A stretch of DNA of 64,000 bases. It comes from an uncultured Pseudomonadota bacterium (lineage in GTDB: Bacteria; Pseudomonadota; Alphaproteobacteria; JACZXZ01). The notes below the pieces were generated by a model. That model had not been told where the DNA came from. It made no database searches and saw only the letters and a program-made list of their open reading frames with translations. Below are positions 28,110 through 37,528 of this stretch, piece after piece; positions within the stretch are counted from its first letter, which is position 1, and every line of letters begins with the position of its first letter. The translations under genes and the position numbers were made by a program. The stretch covers positions 288,001 to 352,000 of the forward strand of contig CAVVLJ010000020.1 of assembly GCA_963749075.1 (NCBI GenBank). Reading direction: 5' to 3'.

Positions 28110-28179
28110 TGCCGGGAGTGCGGCCCGCAGGTCTAGTCGAGCCTTCGGGCCATCCTCAATTGCCGAGAGGAGAACGATC

Positions 28180-29217
28180 ATGAAGGCTCTCGTTTATCAG
28201 GGACCGGGCAAGAAGGCGCTCATGGAGCGCCCGATGCCGGAGATCGCCGCAGCCACCGACGCCATCGTGCGAATCGTCAAGACGACCATCTGCGGCACCG
28301 ACCTGCACATCCTCAAGGGCGACGTGCCGACCTGCCAGCCAGGGCGCATCCTCGGCCACGAGGGCATCGGCGTGGTCGAGAAGACCGGCGCCGGCGTCAC
28401 CGCCTGGCGCGCCGGCGACCGCGTCCTCATCTCCTGCATCTCGTCCTGCGGCGCGTGCGAATACTGCCGCCGGGGCATGTACTCCCACTGCACGACCGGC
28501 GGCTGGATCCTGGGCAACGCCATCGACGGCACCCAGGCGGAATATGTGCGCATCCCCCATGCCGACACCAGCCTCTACAGGATTCCCGAAGGGGCCGACG
28601 AGGAGGCGCTGGTCATGCTCAGCGACATCCTGCCGACCGGCTTCGAGTGCGGCGTGCTCAACGGCAAGGTGGCGCCGGGCGCCGCGGTGGCGATCGTCGG
28701 CGCCGGCCCCATCGGCCTTGCGGCCTTGCTCACCGCGCAGTTCTATTCGCCGGCCGAGATCATCATGATCGACCTGGACGACAATCGTCTCGCGGTCGCC
28801 AAGCGCTTCGGCGCCACCGCCACGGTGAATGCCGCCGGCGGCAAGGCAGCGGAAGAGGTGATGGCGATGACCGGCGGCCGCGGCGTCGACACCGCGATCG
28901 AGGCCGTCGGCGCGCCCGCCACCTTCATCCTCTGCGAGGACATCGTGGCGCCCGGCGGCACGATCGCCAACGTGGGCGTGCACGGCGTCAAGGCCGACCT
29001 CCACCTCGAGCGCCTGTGGTCGCAGAACATCACCATCACCACGCGGCTCGTCGACACCGTGACCACGCCCATGCTGCTCAAGACCGTGCGGTCGCACAAG
29101 ATCGATCCCAAGCTCTTGATCACCCACCGCTTCAAGCTCGCGCAGATCCTCGAGGCCTACGAGACCTTCGGGCATGCCGCGGCCACCCACGCGCTCAAGG
29201 TCGTCATCGAGGCCTAG
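28180..29217 (+). CDS. zinc-dependent alcohol dehydrogenase family protein
   Basis: CGTDLH, GHEG, CGACEYC..C, GAGPIG; GAGGAG RBS. Confidence 0.93.
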   Translation: MKALVYQGPGKKALMERPMPEIAAATDAIVRIVKTTICGTDLHILKGDVPTCQPGRILGHEGIGVVEKTGAGVTAWRAGDRVLISCISSCGACEYCRRGMYSHCTTGGWILGNAIDGTQAEYVRIPHADTSLYRIPEGADEEALVMLSDILPTGFECGVLNGKVAPGAAVAIVGAGPIGLAALLTAQFYSPAEIIMIDLDDNRLAVAKRFGATATVNAAGGKAAEEVMAMTGGRGVDTAIEAVGAPATFILCEDIVAPGGTIANVGVHGVKADLHLERLWSQNITITTRLVDTVTTPMLLKTVRSHKIDPKLLITHRFKLAQILEAYETFGHAAATHALKVVIEA

Positions 29218-29234
29218 GCGCGGAGACGGACGCG

Positions 29235-30242
29235 ATGAAGGCAAGCGACGTCATGACGAGCACGGTCGTAGCGGCCGGTCCCGACACGCCCGTTCGCGAG
29301 ATCGCCAGGCTGCTGCTCGAGAAGGGCATCAGCGCGGTGCCGGTGGTGGATGGCGGCGGCGCTCCCCTCGGCATGGTGAGCGAGGGCGACCTCATCGGCC
29401 GCAGCGACGCGGCGCGCGAGGCGAGGCGCGATTGGTGGCTCGCCCTCCTTGCCGAGGGCGAGGCGCTCAGCGACGAGTTCCTCGCGCACGCGGGCTCCAA
29501 GGAGCGCACCGCACGCGACATCATGTCGGCGCCGCTGGTGACCGTCGGGGAGGCGACCGAGGTGGCGGAGATCGCGCGCCTCCTTGCGGCCTATCACATC
29601 AAGCGGGTGCCCGTCGTGCGCGACGGACGGATCGTCGGCATCGTGAGCCGCGCCGACCTCCTGCGCGCGCTCGCCGCAGAAGAGGCCGACGCCGCTGCGG
29701 CGCCCGCCGCCCGCCACCCGAGCGGCATCATCGCGGCCATCGATGAACATTACTTCCACCATCGCTCGCCGCCGCGGCCGGCCGCCGCCGGGCAGGCCCC
29801 GGCGGCACCCCTTGGCGGGCTCAGCGCCGGCGATTTCCGCGCTCTCGTCGGCGATGCGAAGCACGAGGCCGAGCGCCGCCGCGACGCGGAGTCCCAAGCC
29901 GAGGCGGCCGTGCGGCGGAAGCGGGTGAAGGAGCTCATCGACCGCCACATCGTCGAGGACGACTGGCAGAGCATCGTGCACCGTGCGCGCGAGGCGGCGG
30001 AGCACGGGGCCAGGGAGTTCATGCTGCTGCGTTTTCCGCACGAGCTCTGCAGCGACGGCGGACGTGCCATCAATGCGCCGGAGCCCGATTGGTCCAAGAC
30101 GCTGCGCGGCGAGGCGGCGGAGGCCTATCTGCGTTGGGAGCGCGACCTCCGGCCGTGCGGCTTCCACCTGGCGGCGAGGGTTCTCGACTTCCCTGGCGGC
30201 TTTCCCGGCGACATCGGCCTCTTCCTCGTCTGGGGCGAGTGA
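29235..30242 (+). CDS. CBS-pair protein fused to an uncharacterised C-terminal domain
   Basis: ISAVPVVD..GMVSEGDL and IKRVPVV..GIVSRADL; C-terminus CSDGGRAIN..W..TL.G..FPGGFPGDIG. Confidence 0.85.
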   Translation: MKASDVMTSTVVAAGPDTPVREIARLLLEKGISAVPVVDGGGAPLGMVSEGDLIGRSDAAREARRDWWLALLAEGEALSDEFLAHAGSKERTARDIMSAPLVTVGEATEVAEIARLLAAYHIKRVPVVRDGRIVGIVSRADLLRALAAEEADAAAAPAARHPSGIIAAIDEHYFHHRSPPRPAAAGQAPAAPLGGLSAGDFRALVGDAKHEAERRRDAESQAEAAVRRKRVKELIDRHIVEDDWQSIVHRAREAAEHGAREFMLLRFPHELCSDGGRAINAPEPDWSKTLRGEAAEAYLRWERDLRPCGFHLAARVLDFPGGFPGDIGLFLVWGE

Positions 30243-30261
30243 GCGCGCCGGCAGCCCCGCA

Positions 30262-31392
30262 CTAATTGGTCAGAAGGACGCCGTTCGTTACTCCGTTGCC
30301 CATGAGGCCGCCCGAGCAGGTGAAGGTGAACTCGGCGTCGTTGTAGTCGAAGTCGTCGGTGGTGCCGCCCATGTCGTTCCACGCATAGTACCAGGTCTGG
30401 CCGGCCACCTGCGCGCAGGTCGGCGACGCATTGGTCTGCGCCGTGGTGAAGCACTTTCCCGCGGTCGGCGTGGGCAGGCTCGAGCCGGTCACCTGAAGCG
30501 TCTGAAGGCTGCAATTCTCAATTGTCTTGCAGCCGCTTGGCGGGTGGCTCCCGGTGCAGGTGAGGCCGTTGGTGTACTTCGACGCGGTGGTATAGCCGCC
30601 CGGGTTGTTGGTCGAGTCGTTGGGGATGGTCAATTGCGAATAGAAGACGTGGGTGCTGCCGGGCGTGCCGCCGTACTGGTTGTCGCCGTAGTTGGAGAGC
30701 CCGCCCGTCACGTTGACGAGCGCGAAGGCGACCTGGCGGCCGGGCGGCACCGAGAAGGTCTGGTTGCTCGTGGGCGGCACGTTCGACGAGGAGTTGGTGA
30801 AGATCGCCGTGAAGGTGCTGTCCGTGAAGGTGCCGTTGGGGAAATTCGACGCATTCCACACCGGCACGCTGCCGTTGGTGGGCACGAGATACCAATACAT
30901 GGTGTTGTGGTCGCCGGCGTTGCTGTTCCAGTTGGCCGCGTTCACGTTGCCGATCGAGCCCTCGTAAGCCGCCGTGGCCGTGGCATAGATGGGGATCGAT
31001 TGCACGAACATGTACATGAAGGTCGTCTTGACGCTCGAATTGGCGGTCACGGTGACGCTGTAGGCGCTGGTCGAGACGGCCGTCGAGACGGCGTAGGTCG
31101 TGCCCTGGTTGTGCGGCAGGTTGGTGACGTTGAGGTTCATGTAGTTGTCGGCCACCGTGGTCGCGGCGGGGCCGTCGGTGGAGGCCAAGAAGACGGCGGC
31201 GCCGGAGAGCGCTGCGGAATCCACGATGCTCTGCAGCGAGGTCCTGGCCTGCACGGCGAGTGCAAAATCGACGCCGGCGCCGAGCGACATGAGCAGAACC
31301 GGCGCCGTGAGCGCGAACATCACCGCGATGTTGCCGCGGCGGCAGCCGAGCTCGTGGCGGAGCGGGGTGAGGGACATGAGTTTGCGCAACAT
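30262..31392 (-). CDS. TadG-like pseudopilin with Cys-rich, lectin-like C-terminus
   Basis: RRG|NIAVMFAL prepilin site, LQSIVDSAALSGA; DDFDYND near the C-terminus. Confidence 0.8.
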   Translation of the reverse strand: MLRKLMSLTPLRHELGCRRGNIAVMFALTAPVLLMSLGAGVDFALAVQARTSLQSIVDSAALSGAAVFLASTDGPAATTVADNYMNLNVTNLPHNQGTTYAVSTAVSTSAYSVTVTANSSVKTTFMYMFVQSIPIYATATAAYEGSIGNVNAANWNSNAGDHNTMYWYLVPTNGSVPVWNASNFPNGTFTDSTFTAIFTNSSSNVPPTSNQTFSVPPGRQVAFALVNVTGGLSNYGDNQYGGTPGSTHVFYSQLTIPNDSTNNPGGYTTASKYTNGLTCTGSHPPSGCKTIENCSLQTLQVTGSSLPTPTAGKCFTTAQTNASPTCAQVAGQTWYYAWNDMGGTTDDFDYNDAEFTFTCSGGLMGNGVTNGVLLTN

Positions 31393-31423
31393 GGGGCGTC
31401 TCGCTTGAAGGTTGGATGTGGCG

Positions 31424-31960
31424 TCAGTTATGGGGAATCTGCGCGATGTTCCGCGGCCGCCCGAAGGCGATCTGCGATAGCGTGATGGTCGCCGGCAGCA
31501 TGAAGCTGCTGGCCGCGTCGTAGGTGTAGGTCGCATAGGAGACGATGACGCTGTCGCCGTTGTTGGGAATGAGACCGCTCGAAAGCGAGATGGCGGTGGA
31601 TGCGATGCTGCTAGCACTGCCGCAGGTGGTGTCGCTCCAGTCGACCGCCGTCGTCCCGCTCGTCGCATTCTTCGTAACGCTGGCAACGGCGATCTTGAGC
31701 GTCGTGTTCGAAAGGGGCGTCATGACCAGCTTGGCACCGTTGCAGAAATTGGCCATGGAGGTGTTGTTGACGGCGTTCTGCATGGCGACGAGCTCGGCCA
31801 TGGTCAGCGCCGCGGCGTTGGTCTTCATGGTGGCGCGCACGGCCGTGGCCGCCTCGTAGCCGCCGACCAGCAGCATGATCATGACCGTGCCGATGAGCGC
31901 GAACTCGATGAGCGCCGAACCGCGCTGGTCCCGCACCATGGCGTGGAGCCGGCCGCTCAT
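31424..31960 (-). CDS. TadE/TadF-like pseudopilin
   Basis: QRG|SALIEFA prepilin motif. Confidence 0.85.
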   Translation of the reverse strand: MSGRLHAMVRDQRGSALIEFALIGTVMIMLLVGGYEAATAVRATMKTNAAALTMAELVAMQNAVNNTSMANFCNGAKLVMTPLSNTTLKIAVASVTKNATSGTTAVDWSDTTCGSASSIASTAISLSSGLIPNNGDSVIVSYATYTYDAASSFMLPATITLSQIAFGRPRNIAQIPHN

Positions 31961-32475
31961 CAGAAGGGCTCGTTCTGGAAGGCCACGGTCGACACCATCT
32001 GCAGGCTGTCGCTCGTGCTCACGAGATTGCCCACCCAGGGGATGAAGAAGGCGCGGTTGTAGGCAACCTGCACGACGACGTCCTGGGCGCCCGAGCCGGG
32101 CGAGAAGGTGCTGCTGTCCATCGTCACCACGGGGCTGAGCGACGAGAAGGTGCTGGCGGACTGCACATTGTAGAGGAGGCTCGCGCAGGTGATGAAGCTG
32201 CTCAGATCGGTGCAGAGCTGGTTGGTGAAGAGGGTCGAGGCGTTGCCGTTGGCGTTGACCTGCCCGGTCTGGATGAGGCGCGCCGCGTCGCGCGTCGCGT
32301 TGTCGAGCGACGCCTGGGTGAACAGCATGATGCCGTTCTCGATGATCATGCAGGCGAACAACAGGAAGACCGGGGCCGCCACCGCGAACTCGATCGCAGC
32401 GGTGCCCTTCCGTCCGAGAAGACGGCGAACGCGCCGTAGGCCGCGCAGCTCCCATATGTGCTCCCGCAACTTCAT
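31960..32475 (-). CDS. TadE-like pseudopilin
   Basis: RKG|TAAIEFA, AARLIQTGQ, FQNEPF end. Confidence 0.88.
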   Translation of the reverse strand: MKLREHIWELRGLRRVRRLLGRKGTAAIEFAVAAPVFLLFACMIIENGIMLFTQASLDNATRDAARLIQTGQVNANGNASTLFTNQLCTDLSSFITCASLLYNVQSASTFSSLSPVVTMDSSTFSPGSGAQDVVVQVAYNRAFFIPWVGNLVSTSDSLQMVSTVAFQNEPF

Positions 32476-32561
32476 AGGGCGTCTCTCTTACGAACCCGTC
32501 GCAATGTCAAACCTTCTACGCGCGAGCAAAGCAGATTACGCGCAGCTTAAATCCCTGAAAT

Positions 32562-32576
32562 ATAAAATATTGTTAA
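32562..32576 (-). promoter_or_regulatory. CtrA-like box upstream of tad genes
   Basis: Minus strand TTAA-CAATATT-TTAT, one mismatch to TTAA-N7-TTAA. Confidence 0.35.
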
Positions 32577-32840
32577 AAATGCCCCACCCGGCGCTGCCCG
32601 AGAGAGGCGCCTTGCCCGCAGCCTTGCACGTCCCGGGCCGAAAGCCCGCGCTCCCGGCGCCTCCGGGCCGCAAGGCTAACAGGCTGAGATGCTGCGATTT
32701 TCGCTCAAATCGGCCGGAAATGCACGCCTGATAGGCACGTTTCCGGCCGCGAGCCGCCAATTTTCGCCAATCTGCAGCTGCAATTTGCGAAACGACTCGG
32801 GGAAGCCCCGGCCCGGCTCGCGCCCCCGGCCGGGGCGGCC

Positions 32841-33893
32841 TTATCCCGCCCATTTGATCGTCGGCAGCCTCAGGAGGCGGATGGGGCCGGCGTAGAGCGC
32901 CTGCTTCTGGATGGTGAGGGCCACGCTCAGCACCTTGGGTCCGCCGTCGGCCGGCGTCTTGGCGAGGAGGCCGAGCACCCCCTTGGCGATGGCGCCGTCG
33001 TTGGGCTTGACCAGGCCGTTGCCGACGAGCGCATCGATGGTCTCGTCGAAGCCGCGGATCTGCGCGGTGCCGGCGCCCTCGGGCTGCATGGCGGGATCGA
33101 GGGCGAGGGTGGCATTGCCCGAGAGCTCGAGCGGCCCCCAGGCGAGGGAGAAGCTCTTGAGCTCGAGCGTGCCGCCCGCGTCGCGCCAGGCCGTGAGTGC
33201 CGCAAGCGGGCTCTTGCCCTCGAGCGGGCCCCGGAGCTGCCCCTCGGCGCCGAGCCAGCCGAGGCTGGCCCCGAGCGGGCTCCCCTCGGCCCCGGGAAGT
33301 GCGATCTCCGTGAGGCTGAGGGCGATGGTCAGGCTGGGCGCCAGTGCCGGGCCGGCCGCCGCCGCCGGTGCGGCCGGCAAGGCAAGCTCGACGTGGGCGA
33401 GGTGCACGGTCGCGGCGGCGGACGCCCCCGGCAGTGCCACGGACATGTCCGTGGCGTCGAAGCTGCCTCGCTCAAGGCTGCCGCGCGCGCTCACATCGAC
33501 GACCGCCGTGGCCGCGGCGGCGCTCGCGGTCATGAGCGCGGTCTCGCCGCCTGTCGTGAAAGTCAGCTCCTGGCGGCCGATGGGGTGGACCGTCACGTGA
33601 CGGAAGGCCCAGGGAAAGACCGCGGCCGACACGGCCTCGCCGCTCCAGCGCCAGTGCCGCACCGGGTCGGCGAGGACGGGATGCTCGAGGCGCACCGCGA
33701 TGCGCAGGGGAAAGCCGGAGAGCCGCGGGCCCTCGTAAGCGACGGTGAGGCCCGCCGCGCGCTGCACCGCCGTCCATTCCGCAAGCCCGTCGCGCACGAC
33801 GCCCGCCTCGTGGAACCAGAAGCCCGTATAGCCGGCAAGGATGAGCAGGATGACGCCGCTTGCGGCGGCGAGCGGGCGAGGGGCAAGGCGCAT
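32841..33893 (-). CDS. DUF2125 domain protein
   Basis: N-terminal TM with YTGFW, GFPLRI, WRDAGG, GPIRL; conserved position opposite chaC. Confidence 0.85.
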   Translation of the reverse strand: MRLAPRPLAAASGVILLILAGYTGFWFHEAGVVRDGLAEWTAVQRAAGLTVAYEGPRLSGFPLRIAVRLEHPVLADPVRHWRWSGEAVSAAVFPWAFRHVTVHPIGRQELTFTTGGETALMTASAAAATAVVDVSARGSLERGSFDATDMSVALPGASAAATVHLAHVELALPAAPAAAAGPALAPSLTIALSLTEIALPGAEGSPLGASLGWLGAEGQLRGPLEGKSPLAALTAWRDAGGTLELKSFSLAWGPLELSGNATLALDPAMQPEGAGTAQIRGFDETIDALVGNGLVKPNDGAIAKGVLGLLAKTPADGGPKVLSVALTIQKQALYAGPIRLLRLPTIKWAG

Positions 33894-34093
33894 GGCGGTC
33901 TCGAGCCTGGGCGGCGATGGGGACGGCCTTGCTTATAGCGGGCGGGGCGGGCGGCGTCACGCCTTGCAGCACGGGCATGGCGCCCCTGCCGCAAGAGGCG
34001 CTTGCGCGCGCCGCCGCCGCGGCTAGACTCCCGCCGCATTTCGGAGGGACACGGCCAGCCTCTTCCAGCTGGTGCCGCCGGTGACGGTGATCA

Positions 34094-34109
34094 TGGCGCA
34101 TTTCTTGCT
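34094..34109 (+). promoter_or_regulatory. sigma54-like promoter upstream of chaC
   Basis: TGGCGCATTTCTTGCT (GG-N10-GC). Confidence 0.45.
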
Positions 34110-34135
34110 GGGCAAGACGCTCGGGACGGCCGCCC

Positions 34136-34699
34136 TTGTCAACGAATGAGCGCAATGGTGAAAGAGCACGAACGTCTCGGATCTTCGGCTACGGCTCGCT
34201 CATGTGGGACCCGGGCTTCGCCTATCTCGAGCGCGCGGCCGGCCTCGTGCACGGCTACCACCGCGCCTTCTGCATCTATTCGCAGCGCTACCGCGGCACG
34301 CCGGAGCGGCCGGGCCTGGTGCTCGGCCTCAGGCCCGGCGGCTCATGCCGCGGCATCGCCTTCCGCATCGACGCCGGCCGGCGCGAGGAGGTCTTCGCCT
34401 ATCTCCACGAGCGCGAGATGAAGGGCAATGTCTACGAGCAGCGCCGGCTGCCGGTCGAGCTCGCCGCCGGGCGCGGCCGCATCCATGCCTACGCCCACGT
34501 CACCAAGCTCGCCCATCCGCAGCATAGCGGCCCGCTCACCCTCGAGCGCATCGCCGAGCTCATCTGCCAGGGCCACGGCGAGCGCGGCGCTTGCGCCGAG
34601 TACCTTATCAACACGGTGCGCCACCTCGACGAGCTCGGCATCAAGGACGGCCCCATGCACGAGCTCCTGCGCTATGTGGAGCGGCGGCGCGCGGCGTGA
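34136..34699 (+). CDS. chaC: gamma-glutamylcyclotransferase, ChaC family (true start perhaps ATG 34146 with a -1 error at ~34178)
   Basis: FGYGSLMW, RGTPERPGLVLGL, EY. Confidence 0.9.
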   Translation: MSTNERNGERARTSRIFGYGSLMWDPGFAYLERAAGLVHGYHRAFCIYSQRYRGTPERPGLVLGLRPGGSCRGIAFRIDAGRREEVFAYLHEREMKGNVYEQRRLPVELAAGRGRIHAYAHVTKLAHPQHSGPLTLERIAELICQGHGERGACAEYLINTVRHLDELGIKDGPMHELLRYVERRRAA

Positions 34700-34761
34700 C
34701 GGTACGCCCCCGCCCCCTCAGGGGAAGGGCGAGCGCATTGGGCGGCGAACGGATTTCCTCA

Positions 34762-34916
34762 TCCTTCGAGACGGGCCTGTGGCCCTCCTCAGGATGAGTA
34801 AATCCGCCAGTCCTGGGGGCGGCCTCACCCTGAGGAGCGCGCCGCGGGCCGAAGGCCCGCTCTCTTGCATGATGTAAAAGAGGCGCACAGGCGCGCCGGG
34901 CGCGCGTCTCGAAGGG
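34762..34916. repeat. REP/RIME-like inverted pair with expanded right arm
   Basis: TCCTTCGAGACG..CTCCTCAGGATGAG and CTCACCCTGAGGAGC..CGTCTCGAAGGG, same family as 1462-1571. Confidence 0.8.
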
Positions 34917-34950
34917 CGAGGCGGATCGAGGGCGCTTCAATGGAATGCGC

Positions 34951-37257
34951 TCACCCGCACTTGGAATAGCCGCAGCTCGTGCAGAGGTCGCAGTCCTCCT
35001 GGCGGATGAGGGCGGCCTGGCCGCATTTGGGGCATTGGCGCATGCCGAGCTCCGGCATGCCGACCACTTTGCGCTCGAGGAACTCTTCGCGCGCCTCCTT
35101 GGGATTGGGGAGGAAGCCGATGTCGATCATGTGGCGCTCGATCACCTCGCCGATGGCGGCGAGCAACGAGGGCACGTAGCGGCCGTCCATCCATTGCCCG
35201 CCGCGGGGATCGAACACCGCCTTGAGCTCCTCGACGACGAACGAGACGTCGCCGCCGCGGCGGAAGACGGCGCTGATCATGCGCGTGAGGCCCACCGTCC
35301 AGGCGTAGTGCTCCATGTTCTTCGAGTTGATGAAGACCTCGAAGGGGCGCCGGCGGCCGTCGCGCACGATGTCGTTGACCGTGATGTAGATGGCGTGGTC
35401 GCTGTCGGCCCAGCGGATCTTGTAGGTGCGGCCGGGGAGCGCCTCGGGGCGGTCCAAGGGCCGCGTCATGTAGATGACCCCGCCCGCCTCGAAGGCGTCC
35501 GCGTGGCGCGCGGGCTGCTCCTCGAGCGGGAGCCGCGGCTCGGGGGAGGCCGCCTCCTTCTCCTTCCTCGCCTCGAGCACGGCGCCGGTGACCGCGTTCG
35601 GCCGGTAGGTGGTGCAGCCCTTGCAGCCGAGCTCGTAGGCGAGGGCATAGACGTCCTTGAACTCGTCGAAGCCGATGTCGACCGGCACGTTGATCGTCTT
35701 CGAGATCGAGCTGTCGATGTGCTTCTGCGCCGCCGCCTGGATCGCCACATGATCGCGCGGCGCCAAGCCCTGGGCATCGACGAAATAATCGGGGAGCGGG
35801 GGATTGTCGCCCTTCAAGCGGCGGAACAGGCGATAGGCGTAATCGCTCACCTCCTCCTCGCGCCGCGTGCCGTCGGGCATCAGCACGTTGCGGCTGTATT
35901 TGAAGCTGAACACCGGCTCGAGGCCCGAGGAGACGTTGTCGGCGAAGATGGAGATGGTGCCGGTGGGCGCGATCGAGGTGAGGTGCGAGTTGCGCATGCC
36001 GCGCTTTGCGATGGCGTCGCGCACGTCCTCGTCGAGGCTCGCCACGAAGGCGCCGGCGAGGAACTTCTCGCGCTCATAGAGCGGGAAGGCGCCCTTCTCG
36101 GCGGCGAGCTCGGCCGAGGCGAGATAGGCGTGCCGCGTCACGGTGCGCGTCCAGCTCTCGGTGAGCTCGACGGCACGGGGGCTGCCGTAGCGCACGCCCG
36201 CGAGGATGAGCGCATCGGCAAGGCCCGTGACGCCGAGGCCGATGCGCCGCTTCGCGTAGGCCTCGTGGCGCTGCTGGGGAAGCGGGAAGTTGGACACGTC
36301 GGTCACGTTGTCCATCATGCGCACGGCGATGGGCACGAGGCGTGCGAGCTCATCCATGTCGAGGGCGGCATCGGCCTCGAAGGGGTTGCGCACCAGGGCG
36401 GCGAGGTTGAGCGAGCCCAAGAGGCAGGCGCCATAGGGTGGCAGCGGCTGCTCGCCACACGGGTTGGTCGCCGCGATCGTCTCGCAGTAATTGAGGTTGT
36501 TGAGGCGGTTGATGCGGTCGATGAAGATGACGCCCGGCTCGGCAAAGCCGTAGGTCGAGCGCATGATGCGGTCCCACAGCTCGCGCGCCTCGACGGTCTT
36601 GTAATGGGTGCCGGCGAAGGTGAGCTCCCAAGGCGCATTCTCCTTGACCGCCGTCATGAAGGCGTCGGTCGCCAGCACCGAGAGGTTGAACATGCGCAAG
36701 CGGCCGGGCTCGCGCTTGGCCTCGATGAAGGCCTCGATGTCGGGATGGTCGCAGCGCATGGTCGCCATCATGGCGCCGCGCCGGTGGCCGGCGCTCATGA
36801 TGGTGCGGCACATGGCGTCCCACACGTCCATGAAGCTGAGCGGGCCCGAGGCATCGGCACCGACGCCGCGCACGGGGGCACCCTTGGGCCGCAAGGTCGA
36901 GAAGTCGTAGCCGATGCCGCCGCCCTGCTGCATGGTGAGGGCGGCCTCCTTGAGGTGGTCGAAAATCCCGGCCATGTCGTCCGGGATGGCGCCCATGACG
37001 AAGCAGTTGAAGAGGGTGACGCTGCGCCGCGTGCCCGCCCCCGCCACGATGCGGCCGGCGGGAAGGAAGCGGAAGCCCTCCATGGCCTCGTAGAAGGCCT
37101 CGGTCCAGCGCTTCCGCTCGCGCTCGGGCTCGGCCAGTGCTACGGCGATGCGCCGCCAGCTGTCCTCGATGGTTTTGTCCACAGGCGAGCCGTCCGGCCC
37201 CTTGAGCCGGTACTTCATGTCCCAGATTTGCTGGGAGATCGAGGCCACCTGCGTCAT
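34951..37257 (-). CDS. nrdJ: class II adenosylcobalamin-dependent ribonucleotide reductase
   Basis: FLPAGRI, NCFV, TNPCGEQ, IAPTGTIS, SISKTIN; C-terminal CPKC..C..CGYSKC. Confidence 0.95.
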   Translation of the reverse strand: MTQVASISQQIWDMKYRLKGPDGSPVDKTIEDSWRRIAVALAEPERERKRWTEAFYEAMEGFRFLPAGRIVAGAGTRRSVTLFNCFVMGAIPDDMAGIFDHLKEAALTMQQGGGIGYDFSTLRPKGAPVRGVGADASGPLSFMDVWDAMCRTIMSAGHRRGAMMATMRCDHPDIEAFIEAKREPGRLRMFNLSVLATDAFMTAVKENAPWELTFAGTHYKTVEARELWDRIMRSTYGFAEPGVIFIDRINRLNNLNYCETIAATNPCGEQPLPPYGACLLGSLNLAALVRNPFEADAALDMDELARLVPIAVRMMDNVTDVSNFPLPQQRHEAYAKRRIGLGVTGLADALILAGVRYGSPRAVELTESWTRTVTRHAYLASAELAAEKGAFPLYEREKFLAGAFVASLDEDVRDAIAKRGMRNSHLTSIAPTGTISIFADNVSSGLEPVFSFKYSRNVLMPDGTRREEEVSDYAYRLFRRLKGDNPPLPDYFVDAQGLAPRDHVAIQAAAQKHIDSSISKTINVPVDIGFDEFKDVYALAYELGCKGCTTYRPNAVTGAVLEARKEKEAASPEPRLPLEEQPARHADAFEAGGVIYMTRPLDRPEALPGRTYKIRWADSDHAIYITVNDIVRDGRRRPFEVFINSKNMEHYAWTVGLTRMISAVFRRGGDVSFVVEELKAVFDPRGGQWMDGRYVPSLLAAIGEVIERHMIDIGFLPNPKEAREEFLERKVVGMPELGMRQCPKCGQAALIRQEDCDLCTSCGYSKCG

Positions 37258-37382
37258 GCGCCGCTCCGCCCGCCCGACAACGTGAGACCCCGCGGACCGG
37301 CGGCCCCGCGAGGGCGAAAATCCCGTAAAACCAAACTATTGGAGCAATTTAACCAGTGCCATGACCGAGGTCAATCGGAATC

Positions 37383-37397
37383 GTTCCTGTTATGTTT
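37383..37397. promoter_or_regulatory. alphaproteobacterial LexA-like box
   Basis: GTTC-CTGTTAT-GTTT, one mismatch to GTTC-N7-GTTC. Confidence 0.45.
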
Positions 37398-37500
37398 CCA
37401 CAAGAGCAGCGGCGGCCAAGCCACTGTGACGCAAGCGAACAGCCGATTTGTCCTCTTAATCCCCTTGGCGCTTTTCGGCCAAGAATCTTTTCCAACAGGG

Positions 37501-37509
37501 TTATCCACA
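37501..37509 (+). promoter_or_regulatory. DnaA box
   Basis: Exact TTATCCACA, preceded by near-box TTTTCCAACA, upstream of nrdJ. Confidence 0.65.
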
Positions 37510-37528
37510 GGCGCCTCAAGCCGTCTCG

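Noticed and set aside
27187-29217. 676-aa ORF suggesting a TyrC-ADH fusion
   Set aside because: Artefact of the tyrC frameshift; adh has its own RBS and ATG at 28180, and tyrC ends at 28075 in another frame
37325-37345. NrdR box upstream of nrdJ (AAACCAAACTATTGG)
   Set aside because: Too many mismatches and no tandem partner
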